Positions 1 through 14,087 of a DNA stretch of 64,000 bases are shown here, piece by piece. The stretch lies in NCBI GenBank assembly GCA_030704615.1, contig CM060732.1, positions 28,768,001-28,832,000 on the forward strand, read 5' to 3'. Every line of letters begins with the position of its first letter. The first letter of the stretch is position 1. The notes beneath the pieces were generated by a model. The model saw nothing but the letters and a program-made list of their open reading frames with translations. It was not told the DNA's origin and did no database searches. The translations under genes were made by a program, and so were the position numbers. The stretch comes from Takakia lepidozioides (lineage: Eukaryota > Plantae > Bryophyta).

Positions 1-541
1 TCACCAATGGAGGAACATGCGGTCTGTTGCTCACCTGAAATCGCACAAAAACTCAATCAACACGCTAGAAACCGTAGGGTCAGTGAGAGAGAGGGGGACT
101 ATAAATTTGGATGGGAGTAACAACTGCACAAAATAGATTCTTTTCAAGATAGCAAACTGCCTTGTCAAACCTTTTCTGCCAAGAGCAATACACAATTTTT
201 GGGAAACCACATACACATCTGTGTGAGTCAGAGAGGAAAAACAGAGAGAGTGCACAAAGGGACCTTTCCCTGGACACGCAACCATCGAGACCTTGCAACA
301 AACCGGTGTTGGCTCCTGCATTTAGTGCTAACTCCTAAAACACTAGACAGATTTTGCAAATGGAAATTTACAAATGTTCTTCAACTTGCACTGCCAAGAA
401 ATGGCACACATCAGCTGCTCTTGAAGAATGAACTGCAGATCCAACAGTCAGGTTGAAGAGAGCATCTACAAGCACAACCCACCCACCAGGAATTCAATTG
501 GGGTACTTTGTTCAATTTAGGGAGAGGACTGGCAAATGTAC

Positions 542-1330
542 CTGGCGCAATAGCCAGCGTAGGGATTCTGGCAAAAAAAACAAACAAAAGTGCTTGCAGA
601 ATGGCTGGGAGGCCTGCAATCCCCAACATCCAACAGCCAATTGCCACCTGAACATTAACAGAGATCAAGTTGAAACGGGCCACTTCATTATCCTACAATT
701 TGTTTGTAGTGTTGAGGTTTTCAGATGTATATCAGCTTTTAGTTTGCAAACGGAAGTTTACAATAACTGTCTGATTGCGTTTATTTAACCAATTAGAAAA
801 TATTCTCAGTGTTCTCACCATCTACAGGGGAGTTGAGTGTACATCGTACATGGACTTGAACAAGGCCAGTGTGGATATCAATGCTCTGCATCAAATTATT
901 GTAATCCTTTTCTTGGATTACAAGAAAAGGATTTCGAGAAAAGGATTACCTACTATTGCCATGCTCACAATGGTCTCCTGCCACCGATCAACAGAATAAC
1001 ATAGTAATTTAAGATCATGAATCAATCTATTGGTTACAAATAAAGCTGAATTTCAGTGACACTCAGGTGAAATTATCTGTCATCACTCAAGAGCACTACC
1101 ATCCAAGAATGTGTGGTCGTCCCAGTAGACCTCTCCTGACAATTATCCCAGAAATGTCTGGTCACAGATCTAGTGCTAAATTGGAGAATTGAAGACAGAA
1201 GGGGAGCACCATTGAAGAGCAGAAGATAGAACATTGTCACACACATAAATAACCCGCAAGAAGGTGCTCTTGTCTACTTCCTCGAAGTAATCCCGAATGT
1301 AAAGAAGAGCCCCGGATATAACCCCCGGTT
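542..1330 (-). pseudogene. Inositol/sugar transporter (INT-like, MFS) gene fragments
   Basis: Three exon-like pieces in the correct order: GVISGALLYIRDYFEEVDKSTFL (~1330-1253), ETIVSMAIVG (~978-950) and WMLGIAGLPAILQALLFVF/LPESLRWLLRQ (647-542, frameshifted in a T run). These match plant INT transporter motifs. The intervening exons are missing. Confidence 0.75.
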
Positions 1331-3380
1331 CCGGCAACACCCAGTACATTTTCTCCAGAAAAAGAGGGAGAAAAAGAGGGTAGTTTTGATCTTGAGATAG
1401 ACACAGAGAGGATAAGGAAGAGAGACTACCTGACACAACAGTCAACATAGAGAGAGTAATTTCTGTAGATGGAGCAGTGCCACCTGTTAGGTATTTTTCC
1501 AACAACACCATGACTGGAGTCAAACGCTTCAGCACATTATATGCATGAATACTTAAGACAGAAGGAGCAGCAAGCTACAGCTCAAGAATGAAGAAGAAAT
1601 TACAAAGAGAAGGAACTCCGTACAAAGCAAGAGAGAAGCAAAAATCAAAGCAAGAGAGAAGGAGCTACAATTGAAGAAGGAAGATGGAACTTAAATCATC
1701 CACAGCTTTTGCTAAGCCTCCTCCCAACAGCTGTAAGAACCCACACTTCCTCCCGCCTATCTCACAGCATCCCCTGTACAATCTGTGTGCAGAAGTAGAA
1801 GGATTGATCGTGAAAGGATGTCGAGGAAGATGAGGCACAGAGCAGAGCAGCGCGCGAAAGCCTGCACTCAAATGCGCTCCAAGGACCACGCTCCTCATGA
1901 CTCATCCCCCTCCCTCTCTCCCTTTCTACTCATCCTACTACAAAGACAAGGAACTGCAAAGAGCAAAAGCAAAGAGCAAAGAATGAAGCGCGAAAGACAT
2001 GGCAGCACGGAGATGGCAAATCCTGAAAATGGCGAAAAGGCGCGGGCAGCTGCCCAAGAATCGCGCGCCAGTTTAGATTTAGCACTAGGGGGGGGGGGTA
2101 CTGCTAAATTCGCTCTAAACTAGGAAGGATTATCTTAGGATAGATAGCAGTAGTTAGAGCTAAAACTTGTCAAGCAGGGCTGTGCGGCCGGAATTTTCAA
2201 GCTAGCAGTAGAGCACTAACTTAACCTCCGTTAGCAGCCCGGTGCGGTTGTTTTTTAAAGAGGTTTTTGACGTAACTAGCAGCCACATAAGCCATAGTCC
2301 TGGGGTTGTCCACCAGCAGACCTGTGGCTGAATCCCGCAGGGCCGGAACAAGGGTTGCAAAACGTCTTTGAGCTGTTTTGATGAAGAAATATTTATTCAT
2401 CTTTTCGCCTTTGAGTGACCAGATGACTCCAACCTTGATCCACTACAACAGATGAGCATTTTTATGACTTCACACATATGATTATTTTTTCACTCTTATA
2501 TGCATTCATGACTACATCACTCTATAGTGAAAAAAACCATGTCATAGCGACTAGTCTTTAAGATTGCGTTTTGGGCCTTAGTGCGACCGCAATTTTCTAT
2601 GTAGCAGTAGTTAGTAGGAGTGTAGCAGGCGATAGCAGGCTGGTGCGGCGGGGGCCTAAATATAATAAGTATTGTAAGTCTTACATTTACGTGGGTATGT
2701 CCAAGTTCAATGCACCTTCCACACGTGTCCATAGAGCCAGGAGCAACAAGTCATCGTCTCTCTTGATCCCACTGTTTCTTACTTGCAGCCGCGGATGCAC
2801 CAGTTGGGCTTTGGCTTTGGAGCGGACTGAGAGCTTTCCTGTCTCTAATGCTGTGAGGATTGAAGGACAGTAGCCGATCAACAGTCAGCCGTCGCATTGA
2901 GCTGGATGATCTGATTGATGGAACCGCGGCATGGACTGTGGGAGACCTTACAATAGCGTTATCGCTCTAGTGTGCAGCGAGAGACGCAGACACTACTGTG
3001 CTGAGAGCATCGAGCATTTGAGTTGAAAACGTCGCGCCCCAGCTGGACTAAGAGACTTTTGGAGAGACAGGAGGAGGGGCGTCCAGAAGAAATTGGGAAA
3101 GATTAGGAATTCGAGAGAAGAGATTCAAGGAATAAACTGATTAGTGCAATGGTTTTCGTGTCCGAAACTTCCTTAGCAGTGCAGCGCTAGGGCTGCAGGA
3201 TGTACTTCTTCTCGGGTGGGTGAAAGTCAGCAGGACTGCTCCTCATCTGACGACCACAATGGCCCATTTGCGCCATTGAATTACACCGTTTCCAGTCAAA
3301 TACGTAAATGCGGCATTGAGTGGCAAGAAGGAAAAGCGTACTTATCGAGAGAAAGAAACAGCAAAAAGAAGGGAATTTCG

Positions 3381-6300
3381 ATGTGCGCCCAGATGTACCT
3401 TTCAGAAAGCATTTCAAACCCGTCCCCCGGAGAGAGACAGGCCAGCAGCTCCGGACAGAGAGCGGCCCGCTTCAGGAGGCCGGTCCCAAGTGAAGGTATT
3501 GCCTGTTTATCACCCCGCGTCTCATGATTTTCCTCCTCCTGCTCCCTCTCCAGTTACTTTCCATCCACAGGAAGAAGGGGAGGGCAAGGGTGCTTATCTG
3601 TCGCTGGAACGAATCGTGCCGTCTATTGGATGGATCCGGTCGTACAATTGGCGATCGTTCTTGAGGGCTGACGCCATGGCGGGCATCACAGTGGGCACCA
3701 TGCTTATACCCCAGGTCCGTCTTTCATACGTTCTATGTGTGTTTTCCTCAGCCATTACCTCGAAGAACATTCTCGACGGTAGAGACGATGGGGCAGGAAT
3801 TCTGTCTGTCTGTTGTTCTCTCTGTCCTCTAGCAATTTTTTGCAAGTTTTGCAGAGTTGCATACCCAGGTGGGTGCAATCCCTAAGGGAGGAGTGGCGTC
3901 CTGCAAGCCCTCAAAGATGTTTACAGCCAACATCCACAGGGAACGTTCATTATGTGCTTAGATTTCAATCCCTTTGGCATTGCCGAAGAGGCTGTGGGAT
4001 TTACATCCCCGACTTTTATTTCAACCAGAAAACTCAAATATAACTCCACATTTTGTGGTAGTTGAAACTCTTGGGCCACATGCTGGCTAGCAAACCCCAC
4101 TTTGTTTCTTTGTTGAGAAAAGAGAAAAACTAGTTGTCTGGTTATTTGACATTGATTTGATAGAAAGTGGCTTTCGTGTGTTAGAGTTGGACCACATTTT
4201 CGTGGAACGGCAAAACTATGCCAAATACTGATAGCTATTTGGATGTTCAATGACTTATCAGAGGGCTGCTTGGTCGGTGGCTCGGGTACAGGGAATGTCA
4301 TATGCAAAACTCGCGGGGCTTCACCCTATTTATGGTCTTTGTAAGTCTAGCTATCCAGCTGAGAGAGAGGGAGAGAGAGAAAGAAGAAAGAATGGAACTC
4401 TATGACATGTTCCAAGAGTAGGTAGGTAAAGCTGTAAGCTTTCCATTTTTGCCAGTTTCAAGGATGGGGTGTTGAATATGATGGGAAGGGAGGAAGGCCC
4501 TCATGAAAGGAAAGCCTCTTTTCCAGTTGGTGTTTTTGAGCTTTTTTGATGGATTTGCGATTGGTAACTATAATGACTCTTGGTCTGATTAAGAGCAGTA
4601 GGATACCTAAGGACCTCAATCCTGTACCCAAGAGACTCAAGAGCGAAATGCCTATAGCATGTTTGGCGTTCAGTGTTGCTACATCCCACAAAAGTGACCT
4701 TCAATTTAGGCAATTTAGTACTCAGCTGCTGAATCCTTGCTCCTGTGGCAGATGCAGGCTTTGTCCCCATATTTGCTTATGCGGTTTTTGGGTCCTCTCG
4801 TCAACTAGCCATTGGCCCTGTGGCACTCGTCTCTCTGTTGGTATCAAATGGGCTGACACCCCTTGTCGACTGGAAGAAGGACAGCGCAGATGAGGAATAT
4901 GTACAACTTGCAATATTACTGGCACTAATGGTTGGTCTCATGGAATGCTTGATGGGCCTCATGAGGTTAGTTACCACTCCATGAATCTTAGTTACTGTCC
5001 TTTCGGATCCTAACCTAGTCACATAACAATCAAGGTACCCAATACAGTTTACCTCTATGTCCAGAGGACCCCAGCATCCATGGTTGAATGTCTCTCTGAC
5101 TCTCCTTTTCTCGGAGGTAACCCCTTGAATGCAAAAACTTTGAATGAAAGGCAAACAGTTTCAATTGGAGAAAGAATTAAGGGTACCTATGGGTTGCGAG
5201 GGTGCAGACTTGGTTGGCTGATCCGCTTCATTAGTCATTCCATAATATCAGGATTCACGTCAGCATCAGCAATTATAATAGGCCTTTCGCAAGCCAAGGA
5301 CTTCCTGGGCTATGATGTCTCAGGAAGCAGCAAGTTTATACCTGTTATGGAGAGCATCATTGCAGGGCGCTCACAGGTTAACTCTATGTTCCCCTTCTTA
5401 AGTCCTTCAAAGGAGGATGTACATGTGTTCTGAGAATCATGTACCTTGCTGATTGGACCCTTTTTTTTTAAAATTCCTCTTTCTTTCACTTGCTTGTGTC
5501 ATCAGTTTCACTTCATCTCTGCATTGTTAGGCAGGAATGTATGAAGTCTGTCACCTTTTTAGAATGTGGGAGTTTGGTTTTGGGAATATCTACTGGTGCT
5601 CTCGTTGGCCTCTCCTGTTTCCATTGGATGTAGTAAATCCTCTCTTAGCCCCCTGCAGATGCTTTTTCTTTCTGTCACTTTCTTGTGGCCCACAGTGCAC
5701 GTCATAAAGTTGAATTGTAATTGTGCGGTTGTGGCGGCTGGTTGTTGGGAGCCCCACTGTCCTTTACTATCTTGTCTTCTATTTTGCATAAGCTCTTATG
5801 AACTTCTCATTATAGTTCCTTCCTTCCTTTTCTTGTTTCTGTCTCTTGGTTTCTGTGGTGCGCTTCTTTGTTGTTCTACTTGTGTCCCTTGGGCCCTGTA
5901 GACCTCCCACGGATGAAAATTCTTGTTGATCAGAGACCCATCGCCATTCCAGTAGAGGAATTCTAAGCTGAGCATCTGTAGGGCTGTTAAGAACACACAC
6001 AGTTTCTTAAAGCCATCTCAAGCTATTAGGGCTGCAACCCTCATTCTGTGAATGTAGATGATCTGCAATAAAAGCCACCCACAAGGATCGACATGGCCAG
6101 TGTAGGATAAAGCTACTGAGGCCATGAGGGAGTACGCCTTTTTTCGGTTTTGGAAATCTCATTTGGACCCTTCTTTTAGTTCCATATGCACTTGGCCTTC
6201 GCTGGATATCATAAAGGTTCTTCTTCTTCTGTCTCTCTGCAATTAATATTATACTTGCTCTCGACAAATATGGGGCATGGTTGGGTATGAGAAAGCCATG

Positions 6301-9300
6301 ATTCTCCATATTCACATGGTCATACTTATACCATAGAGTGTCAATGGTCCCAGACAATCATATGAGCTTATCCTAAGTACATTCTAAAAGCACTGACTCC
6401 CTCTCTCCTTCTCCCTCTGTCAATCGTGCATTTTTTTGGCTGGTAAGGATACGGTATTTGCGTATGAAGGTTTGATTGGGCATTTCAATGGATGACAGTT
6501 CATGTGGCAACCATTTGTGATGGGATCGCTTGTACTTGTGCTGTTACTTGCGATGAAACATCTGGTGAGTCCTAATGAAACAAGACTTGTCTAGAAGGCA
6601 TTGATTAGTTTACTCCTGCGAAGATCATAAACAAAGTTCTCTGCTGATGAAGTATATTGTCCTTGTCTCCTTTTCATGCTCCTTAAATCATGTTTAAATG
6701 AGATGAGCTTTGAAGAGTGCTTCCTACACAGTAGAACATCATGAAATTCCTGTGACTGGAGTTATGGTTGGAATAGATGATTTTCATTCTAAATTTCCTC
6801 AGTCACCTTGTAATAGAGCTTAGTAAAGGTCCAAACCTGCAACAATATCAATGGTTCAAGTGCAGATAAAGTCAGCATACACTGAAGTTCAGAATTTATG
6901 GGAGTTTTGGTTGGATGAAAGTGGAACCTGACACCTGCCATTCTCTTTGTAATTTCTCGGCTTGTGGCTTTGGTGGTAATGCAGGGCAAGTCATTCAAGA
7001 CACTCCTGTATCTGCGTGCAGCAGGGCCCCTCACGGCCATTCTTCTTGGCACTATCTTTGTCAAATTATTTCACCCTTCCTCAATTCAAGTGGTATGAAT
7101 CCTTCTTCATTCATTCTCTGGCTGTGTGTCACTCCCTATCCATTATTTTTGGTGGGTTTTACTGAAAATTCGTGTCCTTTCTTACTTTCTCTGTCCAGGA
7201 ATCCTGTACTGGGTACTATGACTAAATAGGAATTTTGCTGAGAGGTAGAAGGCTAACGGAAACCATTTCCACCACACGTATATTTTTCCTTGCAGGGCTT
7301 TTGGATAACCTTTTTTCTCTGAATTCAACTCACAGTGTCATGCTTGCTAAAATTCAGGAAGGTCTGCTAGCTGACATCCGTGTTGACACCCTGTTAGCTG
7401 ACATTTGTGAGATGTGTAATTTTATGAGATGATCTATGGGAAAGGATGTTAATGGGACAGAAACATATGTATGGCAGGTGGGGTCGATTCCACAAGGGCT
7501 TCCAGGGTTTTCACTGGACTACAAGGTTACTTATGCAAGAAAACTGTGGAGCACAGCTACTCTTATCTGTGGAGTTGCCATTCTGGTTGGTATCGCCTAT
7601 CCCTTGACACTTTACCCTACCAAATACTGCTTTAATGACATCATTTATGGAGTCTCTCCAGTGGATCTTGATCATGTGCATATGAGTCACTGAGACGATG
7701 GAGCACGAAGCGGGTATTGCCATATCTTCTATGGTTATTTAGATCTTGGTTTCACATTATAGATAGCGTTGACATGCTTGCTTGACATTGTCGGTAATGG
7801 TGACAGGAATCGGTAGGCATTGCCAAAGCTTTGGCTGCCAAGAACGGCTATGAAATTGATTCCAACCAAGAGGTAGGCATGATGTCATGGATGTGAGTAT
7901 GCTAGTCACAATGACAATGGTATTTGACATCATGAAAGAAATTTTGTGACTATGCATAAACATTGGGATTACAGCCCACTGCTTGGAGATGTTCTTTCTT
8001 TCATGGGACAAAGTATTAGGTGTTTAACTAGTGGAGGCATCAATCACTATTACTCTGGGTGGTACCAGACGCACAGAAGGTGATGCATGTGCATGGGTGG
8101 GTGATGGAGCAGCTTTTTGGGCTGGGTGTGGCCAACGTATGTGGCTCTGCCTTCTCTGCATATCCCACCACAGGCATGCTAATCATTTACCTCCTTTGTT
8201 CTGTGGTTTTGTAACTTTAGTGGGCACCTAGCTCCAAAGTTTAGCTCTTATCAGAATGTCTAAGTGCATTGCTAAATCCCTGCAAACAAAAGTGAATTTC
8301 TCAAAGGAGTCAGAGAGAAGCAGGAGGCTCAGCAGGCCCTGGATGATAATGGCATTGCACTTTACCTGGGACAAAACGTGTCTACAGTTACTTGAAGCTG
8401 ATCAGCTTCTGAATGAAGGACCACTGAGTCTGTTGAATTATACTTGATGCAGGGTCATTTTCGAGGTCAGCTGTCATGAATGAGACTGGAGCCAAGACGG
8501 GGTTGGCTGGTGTAGTGATGGGCCTGCTTGTGTGCTGTGCCCTTCTCTTTCTCACTCCCCTCTTAGCTGATATTCCTCAAGTGCGTACCCGTTCCTTTCT
8601 GCCAAACTAATGGAGTGGAATGTTTCATTTGAGCAAATGATGAGTATAGAAGTGACAAGTGGTTGGTCTTACCGCTTGAGGTGGAATTTTCCAAGCAGTC
8701 ATGATTGACGTGACTACTCTGACTCCATGTTTTCCTGTCTACAGTGTGCATTGGCTGCAATTGTGATTTCTGCTGTCATCGGCCTGGTATTTCCTCACCT
8801 CCCCTCCTTCCATTGACATCTGTAAGGTGTCTGTCTCCTTTGGTCATATGAACTGCTATATGGTACAGACAATGTACCAGAGGTCGAACAGGTAGAAGCT
8901 ACACAGAAGGAAATGTAACCGGCCAAGTTTTTCTTTGCTGATGCTGTAGGTGGACTACGAGGAGGCCACATTTCTGTGGGGGGTGGACAAGAAGGACTTC
9001 CTGCTTTGGCTTGCAGCCAGCCTGAACACCCTCTTGTTCGGTATTGAAATTGGTGTGCTGATTGGGGTGAGTAATATTTGCCAAGCAATTTTGTCCTTCC
9101 CATGACGCACTCTTCTACTAAATGGTCCAGGACACAGATTAATACTAAACAGTGAACAACCACTAGAGGCTCACCATTGCTTGTATTTTACAAAAGTATG
9201 ATGTTGAAGTGGTCTGATGACAGTTGTTCAACTAAAGCTGAAGTCGAAGTTGTAACTTCCAGGTGCAAAATTTAGATGTAGTACAAATAAAATGAAGACT

Positions 9301-12062
9301 CATGTCATGTATCACAGGGGTTTAAATTAATGTTGAGGTGGTGATGATGTTTATCAGGTGGGCCTCTCTCTTGTCTTCGTGATCTATGAATCAGCCAATC
9401 CCCATATCCACAGGTGTGGTGCAGGTGTGCTTGCTTTTTATTTCAAATTTTTGCTGTAGATCTCTGTTTATACTCGTGTTTGGAGAGGTCATAAGATGTC
9501 CCCTGGCTGTGCTTCTGTGTTTCTGGAAAATGTTTGATTGCTTATCAGTGTATGGATGCAGCGGTGTTGGGCCGCCTCCCAGGGACCACTGTGTATAGAA
9601 ATAAAAGCCAGTATCCAGATGCCTACATTTACCATGGTATTGTCATCATCCGCATCGACTCTCCCATCTACTTTGCCAACATTAACTTCATTAAAGACAG
9701 GTGCGGATGACTCTGTCCAATCTCTTACTAGGGGAAGATCTCTTGTGGATTGGTATATAAAGAATATTCAAACTCATTAGTTATTGTTCTGTGATTAATA
9801 TCTGCAGGCTGCGGCAGTTTGAGCTGCATTCAGGGGTAGCAGCAAACAGAGGACATGACCTGGGGAGCATCCGCTTTGTCATTGTCGAGATGTCTCGTAA
9901 GCCTCCCTTGCCCCTCTGTTTTGAGAAATTCCTCATCCTGCCTTCCTTAGGACCAGAAGTACTTAGCAGCTCACCAACTTCACCTCTGTTTATCACTGTA
10001 CGAAAGATTGTTGCTCCACAGTATTTATAGTCCCTCTAGCACTTCAATAGATGTGATAATACTTTTCTCTTGTCTCTCTCTCTTCCTCAATATATTGCCA
10101 AAGAATCGAATTAATAGGGATCAAGTGGGAAAAGACTTTGATTGTTTCAAGATGAAGGATCCTCTGTTTAGGAGAAAATCCAGTGGAAGAGACTGATGCC
10201 ATCATTAGTAAGGCCGGAATGAAATCTGTATCCTGGCACAACTTTACTGTGAGCTTCTTCACTTCACTTCTTGATGCACTCAAAGACTCCCCAAAGGGCC
10301 TCCCTCTGGGGCACTAGGCAACAAGGAGGATTTTGTCCCTATTGAACCAAAGACACCCACATGACTCATGTGGACATCATGGGGATGATTACTTTACACA
10401 ATTTCTGCATATAATGCTTATGCTTTGAGCTAGAGGCCCTTTTCGAACTAGAAGTGTGGTAGAGACTGCTGGGAAGACTTTTAAGGCTCAGCAAGTAAGA
10501 GGCGAAGCGTCACCTTAGTGCGCACTACAGCACTTTGATGCAGACGTAGCATCACCTGTAGAGACCTAGCAAGCACCTATCTCCAGGAGACCACGGTGGC
10601 CCCTTCATAGAATAAGAGCTTGAGGCCCTACCCAAGGCATGACACAGGGGAGCGAGGTTGATGTTCATTGCCTCGCAGGGAAACTTTTTGCATCCCGCCT
10701 TTGAATTGTTATGGGGTATGTATGCATTTCCAATAGCTCAAAAAAGAGTACGAATCTTCAATAACATCCTGCATTCTGGAAAATAACTGTAAAATCTCAA
10801 TGGCACCCAAGACGATGTGAAGCAGGGACACCCTCACTATTGACCTAGTTATTTGCGAGTGACAGGTTCACAACGACCTCCTGCTCACACACAAAGACTA
10901 GCGGATAGGAGTCCGAAGAGGTGGAGATAGTTGTTTTGAGACAGGAGCTTGCTGATACATTTGTGATTGCTACCTCTGCATTGTAGTTTGACACTCTGCC
11001 TCTTCTTTGACAAGTCTTTGAGTCTTCGTCTTCTCTACTGTATTTTCAGCGGTTACCCAGTCACTTTAGTATAATCAAATGAGCTTCCACATGATTGAGC
11101 TGGCGTCCACAGATAACTTAGGCTGTAAGGAGCTGTAGGGAATAATTTGAATGTGGCTGTGCATTTATGTGGAGAAAGGGAGCCTCTGGGATGCAAAGGA
11201 AATCTTCAGCGTGACTTGTGAGTGATGGTACAGTTAAAATGAGAAAGAATAAGCACAGCTAGAAGAAGAATTTCCAATGAGAAGTCGATAAAGCTAATGC
11301 TTTGAGGCGGGTGAAGTTGACGGTGGAGTGAGGAGTGGGTACAAGTACCTGAATTAATTGTGGTTCTTGCCTTTGTGTAAGGAAGGTGTGCATTATACAG
11401 TGGGAAAACATTTGTGCTCTTTAAGCCTGGCTTGGTTTCCAGGGTGATCGAACTAGTTTCCTCCCATTCTGTCTACTTTCCACAGCAGTTTTGGAGAGTT
11501 TCCACTTTGCTATTGTGTTCGATTCTCCTTCATCTTCAATGGAAAGAGAATGTCAGATTTCATAACCAAGGACACTATGGGGGTGCAGCTGTGACTTACA
11601 TCGACTCCACTGCTATCCATGCCATCAAGGAGATATACCATGAGTACAAGGCTCGTAATATTCAGGTCCATCTCTCCCCCCTTCCCCAACAGATGCGCGA
11701 TGGGTATGGTTTCTTGAGTGGGCTCATGGAAAGCGAGTTCAATCCAATTGTGTTGTTATTTGCAGATGGCCTTATGCAACCCAAATCATAAAGTGATGGT
11801 GACGTTAGCGCGAGCAGGTATTCCAGAGCTAATAGGGGAGGAGTGGTACTTTGTTCGTGTGCACGATGCCGTCCAAGTCTGCATTTCACACCTACAATCA
11901 GAGCCCTCTGTTGGGGATGGGCACATAACCCCTGACTCGTTGAACAGAGGAAGTTTTGAAAGATGGGGTCAGCATGCAAGGGACAGAGGTTCACATAACC
12001 CGAGCAATGTTGCTCAGTTGGAGTCAGAAAGAAGGCCTCTGATCGATGCTACTGAGGTATAG
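3381..12062 (+). CDS. SULTR4: Group-4 (vacuolar-type) sulfate transporter, SLC26 + STAS, 17 exons
   Basis: Hand-spliced exons: ?-3714, 4292-4340, 4752-4965, 5208-5376, 6499-6564, 6985-7092, 7478-7585, 7807-7872, 8113-8173, 8453-8580, 8745-8786, 8950-9066, 9358-~9424, 9562-9700, 9808-9896, 11589-11665, 11766-12062. Peptides DAMAGITVGTMLIPQ, GSSRQLAIGPVALVSLLVS, LGWLIRFISHSIISGFTSASA, ESVGIAKALAAKNGYEIDSNQE and WYFVRVHDAVQVC match SULTR4. The start codon is uncertain (apparent 1-bp frameshift near 3486). Confidence 0.95.
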
Positions 12063-13456
12063 TCAACTGATTTCTGATATTCTTACAATATGTAATTATG
12101 TACGTGCACTCTAGGCCAAAATTTCCACAATGTCCACACTTGATAATGTTGGGCAAGTGTCTTGCATACAGATTATTGTTAGTGCCTTCTCTCTCACCCC
12201 ATCTAGGTCAAGGAGTGGAGGGCAGTGTTTAGTTGGACTTTCCTCCCACAAGTGCCCTGTTTGTGTGCATTTTCCTCAGTGCTTCAATCACCCAGAATGT
12301 ATTATAGCAGTTTCTTCATTGTGTTAATGGCCTGAGGAGTCATCAGGGGGTTTTACAAGCATTTCTCCCCACTAGTTTCTGTAAAGTTTGGATGAGTTTG
12401 ATGCTCAATACATCGCACCATGGTGAGTTGCTTCCTTGATGACAATGTCTATTTGAAATCACTGTTTATCTCTAATGTGTATTGTAACCCATTAATTTGG
12501 GCAAATATATGGAGTGGTACTACGTTAAGGAGCGTCAAGCCGAAAGTGCCCAACTGTTTAGGCATGAGTAACTCAATTTTTCAGATATGCCTAACTTCTA
12601 CAAATCCTGATTTCTACATTACTAAGACTAAAGACATCATGCTTGATTATACATGCTAACCCTTGACCTCTATAACACAGAATCTTCCAAAAGTCTCCCC
12701 GTGGCTGACTCAAGAAATCACACTTGACAAAAACCCCTAACCTTGCCGCTACACAAAATCTTCTAGTAAACTACTCATCACGTTATTCCCATCTCCAAAT
12801 AAACTTGATTATAGCCCAACAAATTTGTCCAGAAAGCACTCTACTACATTGATTTAAACTCAGTTTACGCCAAATGCATGCCTGACATACTTTTGGCATG
12901 GTTTGGTAAAGAAGAGGGGCAATGACAGTCATTTTTGAGTGGTCCTTCGTTGAACTTACGAAGCATCTAGCACCTCCTGAGTGGAGGTGAGGCTATCTCG
13001 AATATGCTCAAGATCAGGGGCTGGTTGCATGAATTACAAGCTGGCAGTTACCTAGAGAAGTCACTCCTAATCGCACTTCCTCTTGATTACGCCTACACCA
13101 CCAGCATACGAGGGATACGTATTGTGGCTATATATTGGTGGGATCAATGGAAGTTTCACATTTACAGGATTTATATTGGACAATCCTGTAGGCCAGGACA
13201 AGCCAAAGTTAGAACTGGATGCTCCCACAATTAGCATTAAAAACATGGGTTATCCAGTTAGCAACAAGAATGAGAAGCAAAAGCCTTGTCGATGACCACA
13301 AGCCACGCTAGCTGCGTACACTACCTATTCATTATTTGTAACATACAAAGCCTATATCCGTGAATTTTCCTTTTTTACCGAGAAAAAACAAAAAGAAACA
13401 TGAAAAGTAAAGCTAAAAAACAAGGAAAAGGAGAGTGGCTAACTTTTATCCAGGCC

Positions 13457-13463
13457 TATATAA
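13457..13463 (+). promoter_or_regulatory. TATA box of SAUR copy 1
   Basis: TATATAA about 200 bp upstream of the ATG. A similar context (TATATAA..CCCGC..TTGC) lies upstream of SAUR copy 2. Confidence 0.55.
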
Positions 13464-13660
13464 GCCCGCTCTTCACTTTACTTGCATACGTACTCTCTGC
13501 AAGATTCACAGTCTTCAGAGGTGGTAAGGATTTAGCTTATCAATTCTCAGAGTCCTCATTTGTCTTCAGACAGACTTAGCTTGATTCATATCATCAATTC
13601 TCGAGGATTAGTCTTGAGACAGATCATTTAGCTTGACTCATTTTTACAACTCGTTATCAA

Positions 13661-14087
13661 ATGGCAGGAAATTGTATAGGGTTCGCTATGTTGGCACCCT
13701 GGTTCATTGTTTGGCACCCACCGGCCGGGGTCAGCTCGATGCGAAACCGGATCAAATCTGTGACAAAATCCCATGTTTCGCACCCACCAAGGGTGCCAAG
13801 GGGCTGCGTGGCACGTGGGCACATCGAGGCGCCGATTTGTGATCCCAATTTCTCTCCTGAGGCTTAAACTGTTTCGTGAGTTGCTTGCAAAGACCGAGGA
13901 AGAATATGGATATGAGATTGAGGGGGGTGTGCGCATCTCTTGTGACCCTGATCTTTTTGAGCAATTCTTGGAGGACCGATTGAGGGAGACTTCTCTACTG
14001 CAAGTTGGAGGCCATTGCTCTAATGCGGGCGCTGTTTGTGGCATGGAAGGAGGGCTCAAAGCACTGGTATTATATAAGCGGTCATGA
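13661..14087 (+). pseudogene. SAUR: SAUR (auxin-inducible) family gene, frameshifted
   Basis: VPRGCVA..VG..RRRFVIPISLL..LFRELLAKTEEEYGYEIEGGVRISCD is the SAUR core. It is intronless and lacks 5 bp (GGTCT) relative to copy 2 near 13812. Confidence 0.85.

Noticed and set aside
1480-2130. Possible solo LTR or TE (AG-rich, G run at ~2088)
   Set aside because: No paired ends or TSD were identified.
10280-11000. Possible decayed LINE in SULTR4 intron 15
   Set aside because: No convincing motif, ORF or TSD could be read.
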